Notes: generated from the letters alone by a model not told the origin. Positions 1 to 11,464 are shown, counted from the stretch's first letter. The stretch is 64,000 nt of DNA from SAR202 cluster bacterium (GCA_009392515.1 VFGE01000031.1:604-64603); one strand, 5' to 3'. A program made the numbers and translations.

Positions 1-3000
1 CCTTGTGTTTATTTCTTCAATAGACTCTCCGGATGTTCTTTGTTGTGTTTGATGCCATCCCCATCCGATGACTGTAGGGTTTCCAGTATATATCGATATA
101 CGGTTGCCCCACATGTATCTATGAGGTTCAGTAGTAGCTTCAGCTATAACAGGTGATCCTGGTATATTATTTCGTATCCACATAATACCTTCTAAATCAT
201 GGTTTAAATTTAAACCATTCATTTCAGGATTCCAGAGAGGTGCTTTAGTATCTGTATACGATGCGTATTGCATAAATTCCATACCATTTAAACTTTTGAA
301 TTCTGTGGTGAATCGATTATTTACTCTTGAGGTTGTACCAAATATAGCAAATAAAGATGCATTTATAACAAAAAATCCAAGTAAAAATATCCAAAAGAAT
401 GTAACAATTCGGTTATTAAATATTAATTTAGAATTTATAGATTCGAGTAATATAGTGAGTAAAAACGCTGAGCCAATAGAAAAGAGAATCCATGCTTGAT
501 TGTAGAACTTAAAGACTGTGTTCATTCGATTTATATCATTATCAATAGTAAATATGTCTACAAAAATACAAATACTTAACGAAAGTAATATGAAAAACAA
601 GGGAAATAAATAGTATCGATTTCCTAAAGAATTCATATATAAATCTGGAATCATTAATTTAAGCATTATTATTAAAATGACAATAATACCAACGGTAAAA
701 TATCCAAAATATAGTGTGAAAGATAGGATCACCGTAATTGCTGAAATAAGAATAATACTAATTGGGAAAATTAGGTTTCTTGGGATAGGTAAAGATGTGT
801 AAAAGCTGAGTGTTTTTAGAAGAAAATATGAAAGAAGTATGAAAAGAAAAAATCCATATATCGATAGAAAATCCGAAATAGCTGTTTGTTCATTACTTAG
901 ATGGAATCCTGACGTGTAGATTGTATTATCCAAATGATATGGTAGATATAACAGGTACGAAATAGTAATAAGTGACGAAGAAATTAAGATGAGTTTTGTA
1001 ATTTTTTGTTGAATCGATGATAGTGAAGTAAAAATCCCAATAAATATAAAAAATAATGAAATGACTAAATATGTTGGATAATCCCAGGTGTTAATTACGG
1101 AAAGAGATCCCAATATTAGTGCAAAAGATAAAAAACTTGCGATAAATTTTTTTGTAAAAATTCCCTCCTGTTTTAGTAAGTTAGTACAAACATTTAAACC
1201 TACAAGTATTGCTAATATGGTAAATGGAAGGGCGATTAAATGGGCATGTAAATCAGCGAATAGAAAGGTCCAAAAAGGGAATTCTGTGATACTAAATTGT
1301 GGTTCCATCATTCTACTTGGTCCCCACCAGTCAAATCGTGTTGGGTTCATGAGATAACTTGGATTATCAATGATTTGAAAAAGTATTCCAAAATTACCTG
1401 ATAATGTTATGAGAAATAGAGTAACAAAACCAGCAAATATAGATGTTCTGCTGAGATGTATTTTTTCACGGTAAAGAGAATAAATATTATATCCAATTGA
1501 GAATGAGAGAATTGCAGTAAATGCATACAAAGTTGGGATGGCAAGATTGTACGCGATTTCTGGAAGAATACCAGAAAGGATTATGTACACAGCTATAAAA
1601 AACTGTCCAAAATAATAGTAATTGATATACCCACCGGCAAACCATGGATCGTATGGCGGCATTGTTGTTGATTTTATAATTGCATTTAGATAGGCAAAAT
1701 CCATTGGTTTTTCACCACCTAGATATGGATGCCATAAATCCGGATTAAACCATCGTATTAGTACAAATAATCCAAATGCTGAAAGAAATATCAAATCTTC
1801 TATAACAAATAGTTTGATATTATTTTTTATCGTTGTGACTATATAATCTTTGTTTGTATAAAAAATTCTTATCGAAACTGCACTAAGTATAACCACAATT
1901 AATATTATTGAAGACATTGTAAATGTAAGGATATTTAAATAAACAAACATCCATGTGATGTATGCGATTACAAATAGTGAAAGTAATTTATTGATTCCAA
2001 ATCCTTTATCGGGTAAACCGTGAAAGATAATTAGGGATATAGGTAAAAAAAGAATTGTTACAATTTCTAATAAGATAAACCATGATAAAACGGGTAGTTT
2101 TGCAATTAATATATTTTCAGAGAAAATATTATTCCATGTTCCACCGTTGCTGTTTGTTATTTTGTCTTCAAGAGTAAGCATAGAATTTAGCTTGGATGGG
2201 TAATTTGTTCGTCCACTATAAATAGTTTGGTATATTTGGTCCGGTTTATAGTGTTGGGTATTCTGAAAAATTAGTACTACAGGGTGATCATAATTTACAA
2301 TGTCGTTGTCACCATAACCTAGGTTTAAATAAAATCCTGAATTGTCATCCGTTGGAAACCCGATTGGTGTAGGTATGTTATTGATGGAGAAAGTATCATG
2401 TTGGAAATGGATACCTGCGATTTCTGGATATTGAGTAAATGATTTAATTAGTGAATATCCTAATTTTTGATTGAAAAGATTATTGTAATATGAAGCGCTA
2501 ATTGGATATTGGGATGAATTATTAAATATGGCATTGTAAGTTCTATTACTATAAAAGATCAAATACTCAGATGATGACAAATCTATGGCTATATCAAATC
2601 CTTTATCTTGTGTGTCAGATTCAAATATTGGTATTTGTTTTACTTGATAACCATAAATATCAGGGATGGATTCATCCCAGTGATTATCATTTATAATTTT
2701 TGTTCCTTTTGGGATATTCCCATTGATCCATTTACTTGCCTGAACGGCTGTATGGTCTTTTGTGTACATATTTGTGTATGCCAGACCATACAAAATTGAT
2801 GATGCAGCTAGTATTGCAATTATTATTGAAAAAACTGGACTTAAAAGGTTCTTTTTTTGACCTAAATAATTTTGTATTTTGAATAAATATCCAGAACCTA
2901 TAATGATCATTATGGGTATAAGGGGATACATATATCGAGAAAATTTAACATCTACTGTTGCAATAGTTATGAAATAAGCAAATCCCCAGACTAAAAGAAG

Positions 3001-4071
3001 AATTTCATTCATTTTGGGATATTTAAAGTTATAAATAATTGCTGATGTAAATAATACCCATAGCGAGACACCTGTTAGTAATCCAATGTTCCATTTAGTT
3101 GTTTGCAGAAATTCATAAATAAAATTTGGAGAATTTAAATACTGAATGGTATATGGAACTATACCTGCAGTATTTACAATGTTGATTTCTCGAGTATTCC
3201 ATTCCCAAAATTCTTGAAAATCTAGTATTGAATAGGGATTTAGAACTATATAGGTGGAAAGTATAACAAATCCTGTGATTAGAAATAATTTGAATTGACG
3301 AAAATGTAAGGTAATTGATTTATGATCAATTTTAGAGATCAGAAACAGAAGAAATAAAATAGAAAGTGGTATTCCTAGTGATAATGCACTGATTTTGAAT
3401 GAGAGTGCGAGGCCAATACAAAATCCAGTAACAAGATAGTGTTTGAGGGATTGTTTATTATATAACTTAAGCATGGACCAAAAACTAGCCAGAATGAAAA
3501 ATACTGAAAATGGCTCAGGTCTATAGTAGTGACTATGCTGAATACTTGTTGGTAAGAAGGCAAACAGAACAAGAGAGAACAATGCTGCCCTGCTTCCAAA
3601 AATGTTTTTAGCAATCAGATATATAAATACCATTGAACCTATATCAGCTATAATCGAAAGTGGTCTACCTATAAGGTAAAGATCATATACACCAAGTGTG
3701 AAAAAAGGAGAAAGAATTATTTTAAAAAATAATAATAGATAAATTATTGTGCTTCCTATTGGAAACCAGTGTGGGTTTAAAGGACTTTTATCACTATTTA
3801 AAAACGTTTGTACTGAAGGCAGTCCAGGCTCGGTTAATTCAAATGGTGGCGCTTTGATACAATCAAGATACCCCAAAGAATTCATGAGGACTTTATACAT
3901 GCAGTCTACACGCATATATATGGATCGTTCGTCAGGATGAAAATAATAACCACTATCCCAATTCACTCCATACAAGCGTATCAGGAAACCTATAACTATT
4001 ATTGTAATTATTATAGGTTTATTTGTGAATCCGGCATTGTTTTTAAATAATTTATTTTTCCAGTTAATCAC
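1..4071 (-). CDS. DUF2298 / Chlor_Arch_YYY-domain giant polytopic membrane protein (glycosyltransferase-C-like family); 3' end lies beyond the window
   Basis: This gene is not in the supplied ORF track because it has no stop inside the window. My manual reverse-strand translation from GTG 4071 (alternative TTG 4083) reaches position 1 with no stop, giving 1357 codons. It begins MINWKNKLFKNNAGFTNKPIIITIIVIGFLIRLYGVNWDSGYYFHPDERSIYM. Family hallmarks are DLWHPYLGGEKPMDFAYLNA (1681-1740), PPYDPWFAGGYINYYYFGQ (1603-1659), ITEFPFWTFLFADLHAHL (1237-1290) and RMNTVFKFYNQAW (490-528). Many hydrophobic segments are present. Confidence 0.85.
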   Translation of the reverse strand, partial: MINWKNKLFKNNAGFTNKPIIITIIVIGFLIRLYGVNWDSGYYFHPDERSIYMRVDCMYKVLMNSLGYLDCIKAPPFELTEPGLPSVQTFLNSDKSPLNPHWFPIGSTIIYLLLFFKIILSPFFTLGVYDLYLIGRPLSIIADIGSMVFIYLIAKNIFGSRAALFSLVLFAFLPTSIQHSHYYRPEPFSVFFILASFWSMLKLYNKQSLKHYLVTGFCIGLALSFKISALSLGIPLSILFLLFLISKIDHKSITLHFRQFKLFLITGFVILSTYIVLNPYSILDFQEFWEWNTREINIVNTAGIVPYTIQYLNSPNFIYEFLQTTKWNIGLLTGVSLWVLFTSAIIYNFKYPKMNEILLLVWGFAYFITIATVDVKFSRYMYPLIPIMIIIGSGYLFKIQNYLGQKKNLLSPVFSIIIAILAASSILYGLAYTNMYTKDHTAVQASKWINGNIPKGTKIINDNHWDESIPDIYGYQVKQIPIFESDTQDKGFDIAIDLSSSEYLIFYSNRTYNAIFNNSSQYPISASYYNNLFNQKLGYSLIKSFTQYPEIAGIHFQHDTFSINNIPTPIGFPTDDNSGFYLNLGYGDNDIVNYDHPVVLIFQNTQHYKPDQIYQTIYSGRTNYPSKLNSMLTLEDKITNSNGGTWNNIFSENILIAKLPVLSWFILLEIVTILFLPISLIIFHGLPDKGFGINKLLSLFVIAYITWMFVYLNILTFTMSSIILIVVILSAVSIRIFYTNKDYIVTTIKNNIKLFVIEDLIFLSAFGLFVLIRWFNPDLWHPYLGGEKPMDFAYLNAIIKSTTMPPYDPWFAGGYINYYYFGQFFIAVYIILSGILPEIAYNLAIPTLYAFTAILSFSIGYNIYSLYREKIHLSRTSIFAGFVTLFLITLSGNFGILFQIIDNPSYLMNPTRFDWWGPSRMMEPQFSITEFPFWTFLFADLHAHLIALPFTILAILVGLNVCTNLLKQEGIFTKKFIASFLSFALILGSLSVINTWDYPTYLVISLFFIFIGIFTSLSSIQQKITKLILISSSLITISYLLYLPYHLDNTIYTSGFHLSNEQTAISDFLSIYGFFLFILLSYFLLKTLSFYTSLPIPRNLIFPISIILISAITVILSFTLYFGYFTVGIIVILIIMLKLMIPDLYMNSLGNRYYLFPLFFILLSLSICIFVDIFTIDNDINRMNTVFKFYNQAWILFSIGSAFLLTILLESINSKLIFNNRIVTFFWIFLLGFFVINASLFAIFGTTSRVNNRFTTEFKSLNGMEFMQYASYTDTKAPLWNPEMNGLNLNHDLEGIMWIRNNIPGSPVIAEATTEPHRYMWGNRISIYTGNPTVIGWGWHQTQQRTSGESIEEINTR

Positions 4072-4099
4072 CAGGTTTATCAAGCCTAGGGTCTTTGGT

Positions 4100-5107
4100 T
4101 TATTTATTAGCAATAAATTTTAACATTTCAGCTGTTCTGCATGAATATCCCCATTCATTATCATACCAGCCTAGTATTTTAACCATTGAATTACCTAATA
4201 CCATTGTGGATAAAGAATCGAATATACAACTATAAGGACTGCCTCGGAAGTCACTAGATACTAAGGGTTCGTCACAATATTCAATTATTCCAGCCATAGA
4301 ACTTTCAGCTGCATTTTTATAAGCTTGATTAATATCTTCAGATGTTACTTTTTTATCTAATGTAGCTACAAAATCAACTACAGATACGGTTTGGGTTGGA
4401 ACACGGAGGGCAACACCATGAACCTTTCCTTGTAATTCTGGCATTACAACAGCGCATGTTTTTGCAGCACCAGTAGAGGTAGGAATTATATTCCCGGCTG
4501 CAGTTCTTGCTCTTCGTAAATCTTTATGGTTCCCATCGAGGACTTTTTGGTCATTTGTGTAGGAGTGTACCGTTGTCATTAAACCTTGGTTTATACCAAA
4601 ATTATCATGAAGTACTTTCACTAGTGGAGCTGCGCAATTCGTAGTACATGATGCATTGGATAGTATTTTATGGCTATCTGGATTATATTCATTTTCATTT
4701 ACTCCTAAAACCATTGTCAGATCTGCATTGGATGCTGGAGCGGTTACTAAGACTGTTTTCGCACCATTGTTGAGGTGTATAGATGCACTTTCTCTATCCG
4801 TTAAGTTGCCAGTAGATTCTACAACTATATCAACTTCATATTTAGACCAGTCTAAGTTCTCAGGATTACGGTCACTTGTTTTATTTATTTTATGACCATC
4901 TATTTCAAGAATGTTTTCATTGTGTGTAACTGTGCCATTATAGGTTCCATAGGTACTATCATATTTGAATAAATGAGCGTTAGTTTCAATACTGCCCCCA
5001 TCGTTGATGGATACTACTTCTAGGTCATTTTGATATTGTTCCATTATAACCCTAAGTATTTGTCTTCCAATCCTTCCAAACCCGTTTATACCTATTTTTG
5101 TTACCAT
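4100..5107 (-). CDS. gap: glyceraldehyde-3-phosphate dehydrogenase, type I
   Basis: 335 aa. It has the GINGFGRIGR Rossmann motif and the catalytic SNASCTTNCAAP motif, with full-length GAPDH-like organisation. Confidence 0.95.
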   Translation of the reverse strand: MVTKIGINGFGRIGRQILRVIMEQYQNDLEVVSINDGGSIETNAHLFKYDSTYGTYNGTVTHNENILEIDGHKINKTSDRNPENLDWSKYEVDIVVESTGNLTDRESASIHLNNGAKTVLVTAPASNADLTMVLGVNENEYNPDSHKILSNASCTTNCAAPLVKVLHDNFGINQGLMTTVHSYTNDQKVLDGNHKDLRRARTAAGNIIPTSTGAAKTCAVVMPELQGKVHGVALRVPTQTVSVVDFVATLDKKVTSEDINQAYKNAAESSMAGIIEYCDEPLVSSDFRGSPYSCIFDSLSTMVLGNSMVKILGWYDNEWGYSCRTAEMLKFIANK

Positions 5108-5123
5108 GATTTAATCCTTATTA

Positions 5124-6422
5124 TTATGATAAGAAAGGAAATGCCGATTTCCCTGCGTATGATACACTTCCTTTTAACTCCTCTTCAATACTTAATAATC
5201 GATTATATTTCGCGACTCTTTCACTTCTTGCAGGTGCTCCAGTTTTTATTTGCCCAGCACCTGTTCCGACCGCTAGGTCAGCAATAGTTGTATCTTCGGT
5301 TTCTCCAGATCTATGACTAATCACATTGCTCCATTTAGCATTCTTTGCTAATTCGATTGCATCAAAAGTTTCAGTTATACTTCCAATTTGATTAAATTTT
5401 ATAAGAATAGAATTACTGCTAGTTTTTTCAATTCCTTTTGTTAGTCTTGCAACATTAGTGGTATATAAATCATCCCCAACTAATTGAATTTTATTTCCTA
5501 TTTGTTGAGTTAAGTTAGCCCATCCATTCCAGTCATCCTCTGCTAATCCATCTTCAATACTTAATATAGGATATGAATTTACTAAATTAATTAAATATTC
5601 GACCATTTCATCACTATCTAGATTTAGATTATCTTTTTTTAGTTCATACTTTGAATCTATATAGAATTCTGAAGCAGCGACATCTAAACCCAAATAGCAA
5701 TCTACTCCTATCTTATAACCTGCATTTTCTATAGCTTTTAATATTATTTCTATTGCAGCTTGGTTAGATTTCATTTCTGGAGCAAACCCACCTTCATCTC
5801 CTACATTAGTTGATTTACCTTCTTTAGAAAGTAAAGATTTGAGAGATTGGTATGTTTCTGCACCAAATTGTAAAGATTCAGTGAAAGAGTTTAATCCAGA
5901 AGGTATAATCATAAATTCTTGAATATCTGTGGAGTTTGAAGCATGACTACCCCCATTTAAGATATTAAACATTGGAACAGGTAAAGACATTTTGTTATTG
6001 GTTATATTGGATATGTATTGATATAAAGGAATTCCATTTGAATTTGAAATTGCATGAATTGTTGCAAGGGATACTCCTAAAATAGAATTTGCTCCTAAAT
6101 TAGCTTTATTTTCAGTGCCATCTAATTCAATTAAAGTTTTATCAATAGTTTCAATATCGGTGAATTTCATACCTGATAATTTATTCGCAATAGTATTATT
6201 GACATTGGTAACAGCTTTTAATACGCCCTTGCCAGAAAATCTATTTGGATCATTATCTCTTAATTCAATTGCCTCATGTGCACCTGTGCTAGCTCCCGAT
6301 GGAACGTTAGCAGTACCGATACTATTATCTGATAAAGTAACGGAGACTCTTATGGTTGGATTAGATCTGGAATCTAATATTTCTTGAGCAATTATTGATT
6401 TTATCTGAAAGTTATCTGACAT
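5124..6422 (-). CDS. eno: enolase (phosphopyruvate hydratase)
   Basis: 432 aa. Motifs are N-terminal [10 protein letters not shown], the [10 protein letters not shown] active-site loop, and the C-terminal [19 protein letters not shown]. Confidence 0.97.
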   Translation of the reverse strand: MSDNFQIKSIIAQEILDSRSNPTIRVSVTLSDNSIGTANVPSGASTGAHEAIELRDNDPNRFSGKGVLKAVTNVNNTIANKLSGMKFTDIETIDKTLIELDGTENKANLGANSILGVSLATIHAISNSNGIPLYQYISNITNNKMSLPVPMFNILNGGSHASNSTDIQEFMIIPSGLNSFTESLQFGAETYQSLKSLLSKEGKSTNVGDEGGFAPEMKSNQAAIEIILKAIENAGYKIGVDCYLGLDVAASEFYIDSKYELKKDNLNLDSDEMVEYLINLVNSYPILSIEDGLAEDDWNGWANLTQQIGNKIQLVGDDLYTTNVARLTKGIEKTSSNSILIKFNQIGSITETFDAIELAKNAKWSNVISHRSGETEDTTIADLAVGTGAGQIKTGAPARSERVAKYNRLLSIEEELKGSVSYAGKSAFPFLS

Positions 6423-6434
6423 GTTTTTCCTTAT

Positions 6435-7943
6435 TTATCGTATAAATACTGAAATTGAAGCACTGTTTATTGCATCCATAATTATGTCAGGATAAATTCC
6501 TAGACCAATGACCCCAATTAGAGAGGTGATTAACACCAATTTTTCTATATTAGTTGTAGAGATTGTTTGAGTATCATTAGGTTCATTAACATACATTTCT
6601 TTTATAACCATTAAATAATAATAAAGAGAGATCAGACTGTTGATAAGTGCAATAATTACCAACCATAAAAGATCTTGTTCTACTGCCGATAAAAATAGGT
6701 AAAACTTAGATATAAAACCTACAAAAAATGGCAAACCAGCAGTTGACAACAAGGCAACAGTTATACTTAGAGCAAGAAATGAATTAGTTTTATATAGCCC
6801 TGATAAATCACTAATGTTTTCTTTATAAGTTTGATTATAAAAACATATTAAAGCGGCAAATATTACTAAGCCTGAAAAAGCATAACCTATAGAGTGCAAT
6901 ATTATTGCACTATAGGAGTCAACAGTGTTTGCAGCTAATCCAACAAGAATATATCCCATATGACTGATTCCTGAATATGCAATAAGTCTTCTATATTTCG
7001 TTTGCGCTATAGCTGTAATGTTCCCTAATGACATGGTTAGAATTGCCAAAATAGCAACAATAATTACAAGGCTTGAGTGAGACCCCTCAAAAATTTCAGA
7101 AAAAATTCTTAGTATTAGGGCGATACCAGCGAGTTTTGAAGCTGTAGCTAAGTAACCAGCTATTGGTAATGGTGCTCCTTCATAAATATCTGGAGCCCAA
7201 GTATGAAATGGAACTGCAGCAATTTTAAATCCTAGACCTGTAATTAAGAGGAAAAGACCGAACATGAACAGTGGTGGTAGGCTTTCGTATTGAGACGCAT
7301 ATAAACCTATTGATGAGAAGAAAGTTGGATTAACAATATCATTTTTTATAAGTTCAGTATAAATTTGACTAATACCATAAAGAACTAATGCTGAGGTAAA
7401 TCCACCAAGTAAAATATATTTAATACTTGATTCGTTTGTTTTTTCAGGATCGTTTCCAAGTGAAACTAATATGTATAGACTGAAGCTTAGTAGTTCTAAA
7501 CCAATGTATGCAGTTAGTAATTCATTTGCAGCTGACATTATCATCATCCCTGCAATTGAAAGAATAATTAATCCATAAAATTCACCTTCATGATTTACAT
7601 GTTTATCAACGTAATCGATAGACATAAGGATTACAAAAATACCCAGAATAATAAATATAAATTTAAAAAGTAAAGAAAATGAATCTAATTTTAATAGCCC
7701 ACCATATACTAGTAAGTCTTTCATTTGATTATGGTCAGTAGTAGATAAAATATGAATATTTCCAATATCAAAAAAGAAAGTAATATAAATTGCTGTAAAT
7801 ATAAGTCCAGTTACTGATGCAAAAGGTAGAATATATTTATTTCTTATACGAGTAAAAATTCCAATACCAATTATTATAAATCCAAGAGCAGTAATTAAGA
7901 TTTCAGGTATGAGGTATGATAAATTGTTTGTTATATTTTCCAT
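6435..7943 (-). CDS. nuoN: NADH-quinone oxidoreductase subunit N
   Basis: 502 aa polytopic antiporter-like subunit with the FHTWAPDIYEGAPLPIAGYLATASK motif. It is last in the nuo gene order. Confidence 0.9.
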   Translation of the reverse strand: MENITNNLSYLIPEILITALGFIIIGIGIFTRIRNKYILPFASVTGLIFTAIYITFFFDIGNIHILSTTDHNQMKDLLVYGGLLKLDSFSLLFKFIFIILGIFVILMSIDYVDKHVNHEGEFYGLIILSIAGMMIMSAANELLTAYIGLELLSFSLYILVSLGNDPEKTNESSIKYILLGGFTSALVLYGISQIYTELIKNDIVNPTFFSSIGLYASQYESLPPLFMFGLFLLITGLGFKIAAVPFHTWAPDIYEGAPLPIAGYLATASKLAGIALILRIFSEIFEGSHSSLVIIVAILAILTMSLGNITAIAQTKYRRLIAYSGISHMGYILVGLAANTVDSYSAIILHSIGYAFSGLVIFAALICFYNQTYKENISDLSGLYKTNSFLALSITVALLSTAGLPFFVGFISKFYLFLSAVEQDLLWLVIIALINSLISLYYYLMVIKEMYVNEPNDTQTISTTNIEKLVLITSLIGVIGLGIYPDIIMDAINSASISVFIR

Positions 7944-7954
7944 GAACTATCCAG

Positions 7955-9445
7955 CTAAAAATTTGACAAATATGCATTAATTAATTGTTTTACTGATTCA
8001 TCGACAGCATCAATAAAATATATTGGTAAAACTCCCATAAATACGATAAAGAAAGCAAGAATTATGGACGGTATCAATTCAAATCTACTAATATCAGGTA
8101 AATTTGCCCATTTTTCAGAAACAGTACCAAAAAATATTCTGGCAATTAATCGTAAGATATATATAGCTGTTATAGCTGCACCAATTACTCCTAGTATTGC
8201 CATAAGTGGATTTGTTTGAAATACTCCAATAAATATGAATAATTCTGCAACAAAACCACTTAATCCAGGTAACCCTAAAGAAGTTAAACCTGCTATGACA
8301 AATAAAGTTCCAGTAATACCCATAGGTTTAATTAAACCATCGAGTGTTTCAATGTCCCTGCTATGTGTTCGTTCATATATTACTCCAACTAATGCAAAGA
8401 ATAGTGCGGTCATTATTCCATGTGAAAACATCTGAAGAACTGATCCAGCTGTACCGATGACATTTAAAGTTGCAAGCCCCATTAATACATATCCCATGTG
8501 ACTTACACTACTATAACCAATGACATATTTCAGATCTTTTTGAGCCATTGCAGATAATGCTCCGTATACTACATTTATTGTACCCAGAATAAGTAAGAGC
8601 CACATCCATTCTTGTGCACCTGCAGGTAAAAATTCAATACATCGTAAAATTCCATAAGCTCCTAATTTCATTAATATACCTGCGTGGACCATACTTACAG
8701 AAGTTGGTGCTGCAACGTGACCGTCTGGAGACCAAGTGTGAAAAGGCCACAAACCAGCCAAGACTCCAAACCCAATGAAAAAGAATGGGAAAATAAAAAT
8801 CTGGAAATCATTTCCAATATTTGCGTTTATTAAGTCTTTGAATAAGAAACTATTTTGATTAGCAACAATAAATGTGGATAAAATTCCTATCCAGATAAGT
8901 ATGCTACTTGCAACAAGGACAAGCATTAATTTTAATGCTCCGTATTCTTTTGTCCTATTAAATGTTTCGAATTCTGAGCTGTGACCCCATACTGCAATTA
9001 GTAAATACATTGGAACAACTGCTAATTCATAAAAGAAAAAGAAGAAAAAGAGATCTTGTGATATAAATACACCATATACTCCAATAATTAGAAGAATATA
9101 TAAGATAAAGAATTCTTTTATTCTTTCGGTTATTTTGCAAGAAATAAGGGTTCCGGTTAGATAGACAATTCCCACTAATAAAACCATTAATGCGGATATC
9201 CCATCTACTCCAAAGTCTAGACGGATTGATAAACTGCGTAACCAAACAACCGAAAAATCAAATTGATTTGGATCTCTGGTTTGTGCAAAAGCCATAAACA
9301 CATATAAAGAGAAAATACCAGAAATAGCAGAGCCCAAAATTGTTATATTTTTTATAGTTTCCTCATTATTTTTGGGTATAAATAATATTGCCAGTAATGT
9401 TATTACTGGTACGATAAGTATTAAAGGTAATATCCAACTATCCAA
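7955..9445 (-). CDS. nuoM: NADH-quinone oxidoreductase subunit M
   Basis: 496 aa antiporter-like subunit with FHTWSPDGHVAAPTSVSMVHAGILMKLG. It sits between nuoL and nuoN. Confidence 0.9.
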   Translation of the reverse strand: MDSWILPLILIVPVITLLAILFIPKNNEETIKNITILGSAISGIFSLYVFMAFAQTRDPNQFDFSVVWLRSLSIRLDFGVDGISALMVLLVGIVYLTGTLISCKITERIKEFFILYILLIIGVYGVFISQDLFFFFFFYELAVVPMYLLIAVWGHSSEFETFNRTKEYGALKLMLVLVASSILIWIGILSTFIVANQNSFLFKDLINANIGNDFQIFIFPFFFIGFGVLAGLWPFHTWSPDGHVAAPTSVSMVHAGILMKLGAYGILRCIEFLPAGAQEWMWLLLILGTINVVYGALSAMAQKDLKYVIGYSSVSHMGYVLMGLATLNVIGTAGSVLQMFSHGIMTALFFALVGVIYERTHSRDIETLDGLIKPMGITGTLFVIAGLTSLGLPGLSGFVAELFIFIGVFQTNPLMAILGVIGAAITAIYILRLIARIFFGTVSEKWANLPDISRFELIPSIILAFFIVFMGVLPIYFIDAVDESVKQLINAYLSNF

Positions 9446-9454
9446 TTAGTACTC

Positions 9455-11440
9455 CTATAAGATTTTACCTGTTTCAAGAAATATCCAGATAAGAACAATG
9501 ACAGATATACTAAGCACAATAAATAGTGCATAGTTATATACTTTTCCTGTTTGCATATAGCGCAATTTGTTTGAAGTTGCCTTAATAGCTTCTCCAGGGG
9601 TGTTTATTCCTATGTCATTTACAAATGCTCGATCAACATAAGATACAAGAACAGTTATTTTGTTAACGACGTTTGAAACTATCCAATTATATGCATCATC
9701 CAAATAATATTTCTGAGAAATAAGATTATTTAAAGATTTAAATATTCCTGAATGAAAAATAGATTTGTTTACATAATTTTCTTGATATAAAAAGTATCCA
9801 GCAATAATGCCGCTCAGTGCAAACCCAACTGAAAGCGCGGTAAGAATTAAATCAAATTCAAAGTGAAGAGGATCATCAAGAAAACCCCATGTTACTAAAT
9901 ACATAATATCAAGGAGTGTGTCTTGATATATTAAACACGTTATTATTCCAAACACTATGCTAAATAATGTGAGTATGATTATAGGAATGTTCATTGTTTT
10001 GGGTGCTTCGTGAATATCTTTGTATTCAGTTGTTGATTTAGACCAAAATACGAGTATAAAGACTCTTGTCATATAAAGGGCACTCAGAAAAATAAATCCT
10101 AAACTTAATAAGAAGTAAATATTTGTAAAATCTATTTTGCCATGGGTTACACCGTGAAGAAGCATATCCTTACTAAAGTAGCCACTGAGTGGCGGAATGC
10201 CAGAGAGAGAAAGCGCGCCAATGAGGAAACATACGGTAGTGATGGGCATATAGTGTCGAAGATTACCCATTTTTCGTATATCTGTTTCTTCGTGTAAAGA
10301 ATGCATTATATTACCAGCAGAGAGAAATAATAGGGCTTTTGAAAATCCATGAGCTACAAGATGAAGCATTGCTGCTGCATAACCACCTGTTCCAATACCA
10401 AAAATCATTAATCCCAAATGGCTGACTGTTGAATAAGCAAGAATTTTTTTCAGATCATTCATTACCAATGCCATTGATGCAGCAATGATGGCAGTAATTA
10501 GGCCTACAATTGTTACAACAGTAAGGGCTATAGTAGAAATTTCATATAATGGAAATAACCTGGCTGTAAGATATATACCTGCTGTAACCATTGTGGCTGC
10601 ATGAATTAAAGCACTTACTGGTGTTGGCCCTTCCATTGCGTCAGGTAGCCAAATATGTAGAGGGAACTGTGCAGATTTACCCATTGCTCCAAGGAAAATC
10701 AAAAGACAAGCCCAATTAAGCTCAGCGGTGCTATACATACCTTGTTGGGCAGCGAGGATAATATCAGGGATATGGAAAGTTCCAATCGATCCACTACTAG
10801 TTGTGAAACTAGCGCCCAATATTAAAATACCAACCATTAAACCAACATCACCTATACGGGTAGTGATAAATGCTTTTTTTGCTGCATCAACTGCAGTTTG
10901 TTTTCCATACCAAAAACCTATAAGTAAATAAGATCCTAAACCTACTAACTCCCATGCCACATAAATTAATAATAGGTTGTTAGCTAAGACAAGAAAGAGC
11001 ATTGCTGCGATGAAAAATGATATACAAGAAAAATACCAAGTTTTTCTTGGATCATCATGCATATATGATACTGAGTAAATAATAACTAACGAACCGACAA
11101 TACTTATCAAACCTAACATTGTTACTGTAAGGCCATCAATGATTGCTCCAAAATGCATTTCAATATCACCAATAACAAACCAAGGATCGATACCATTCCA
11201 ACAAACTCCTATTACGTCACAACCATATCTTGGCCATGTATGGGTGACATAAGTACTAAAAACAGTTATAAAAATTCCAATACCAATAAATGAGACAATA
11301 ATCGGAATAAAGTATGTATATTTGATTTTTGTTCTCGCTAATAGGCCTAAAGCAACAAAAGAGATTATATAGAGGACAGGTGCCCACCATACTATTCCCA
11401 GATTACTTGGAGCTTGTAAAGCCGCTTCATTTAATTCCAT
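9455..11440 (-). CDS. nuoL: NADH-quinone oxidoreductase subunit L
   Basis: 661 aa with WLPDAMEGPTPVSALIHAATMVTAG and the long C-terminal extension typical of NuoL. Confidence 0.92.
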   Translation of the reverse strand: MELNEAALQAPSNLGIVWWAPVLYIISFVALGLLARTKIKYTYFIPIIVSFIGIGIFITVFSTYVTHTWPRYGCDVIGVCWNGIDPWFVIGDIEMHFGAIIDGLTVTMLGLISIVGSLVIIYSVSYMHDDPRKTWYFSCISFFIAAMLFLVLANNLLLIYVAWELVGLGSYLLIGFWYGKQTAVDAAKKAFITTRIGDVGLMVGILILGASFTTSSGSIGTFHIPDIILAAQQGMYSTAELNWACLLIFLGAMGKSAQFPLHIWLPDAMEGPTPVSALIHAATMVTAGIYLTARLFPLYEISTIALTVVTIVGLITAIIAASMALVMNDLKKILAYSTVSHLGLMIFGIGTGGYAAAMLHLVAHGFSKALLFLSAGNIMHSLHEETDIRKMGNLRHYMPITTVCFLIGALSLSGIPPLSGYFSKDMLLHGVTHGKIDFTNIYFLLSLGFIFLSALYMTRVFILVFWSKSTTEYKDIHEAPKTMNIPIIILTLFSIVFGIITCLIYQDTLLDIMYLVTWGFLDDPLHFEFDLILTALSVGFALSGIIAGYFLYQENYVNKSIFHSGIFKSLNNLISQKYYLDDAYNWIVSNVVNKITVLVSYVDRAFVNDIGINTPGEAIKATSNKLRYMQTGKVYNYALFIVLSISVIVLIWIFLETGKIL

Positions 11441-11464
11441 TAATACATTTCCTTCGGTAGTTTG

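Noticed and set aside
296-3940. Five short ORFs in the track (296-499, 1088-1357, 2608-2799, 3375-3614, 3749-3940). They are the only listed content of the first 4 kb.
   Set aside because: All lie antisense to or out of frame with the continuous 1357-codon DUF2298 reading frame on the minus strand. None has recognisable motifs. They are frame shadows, not genes.
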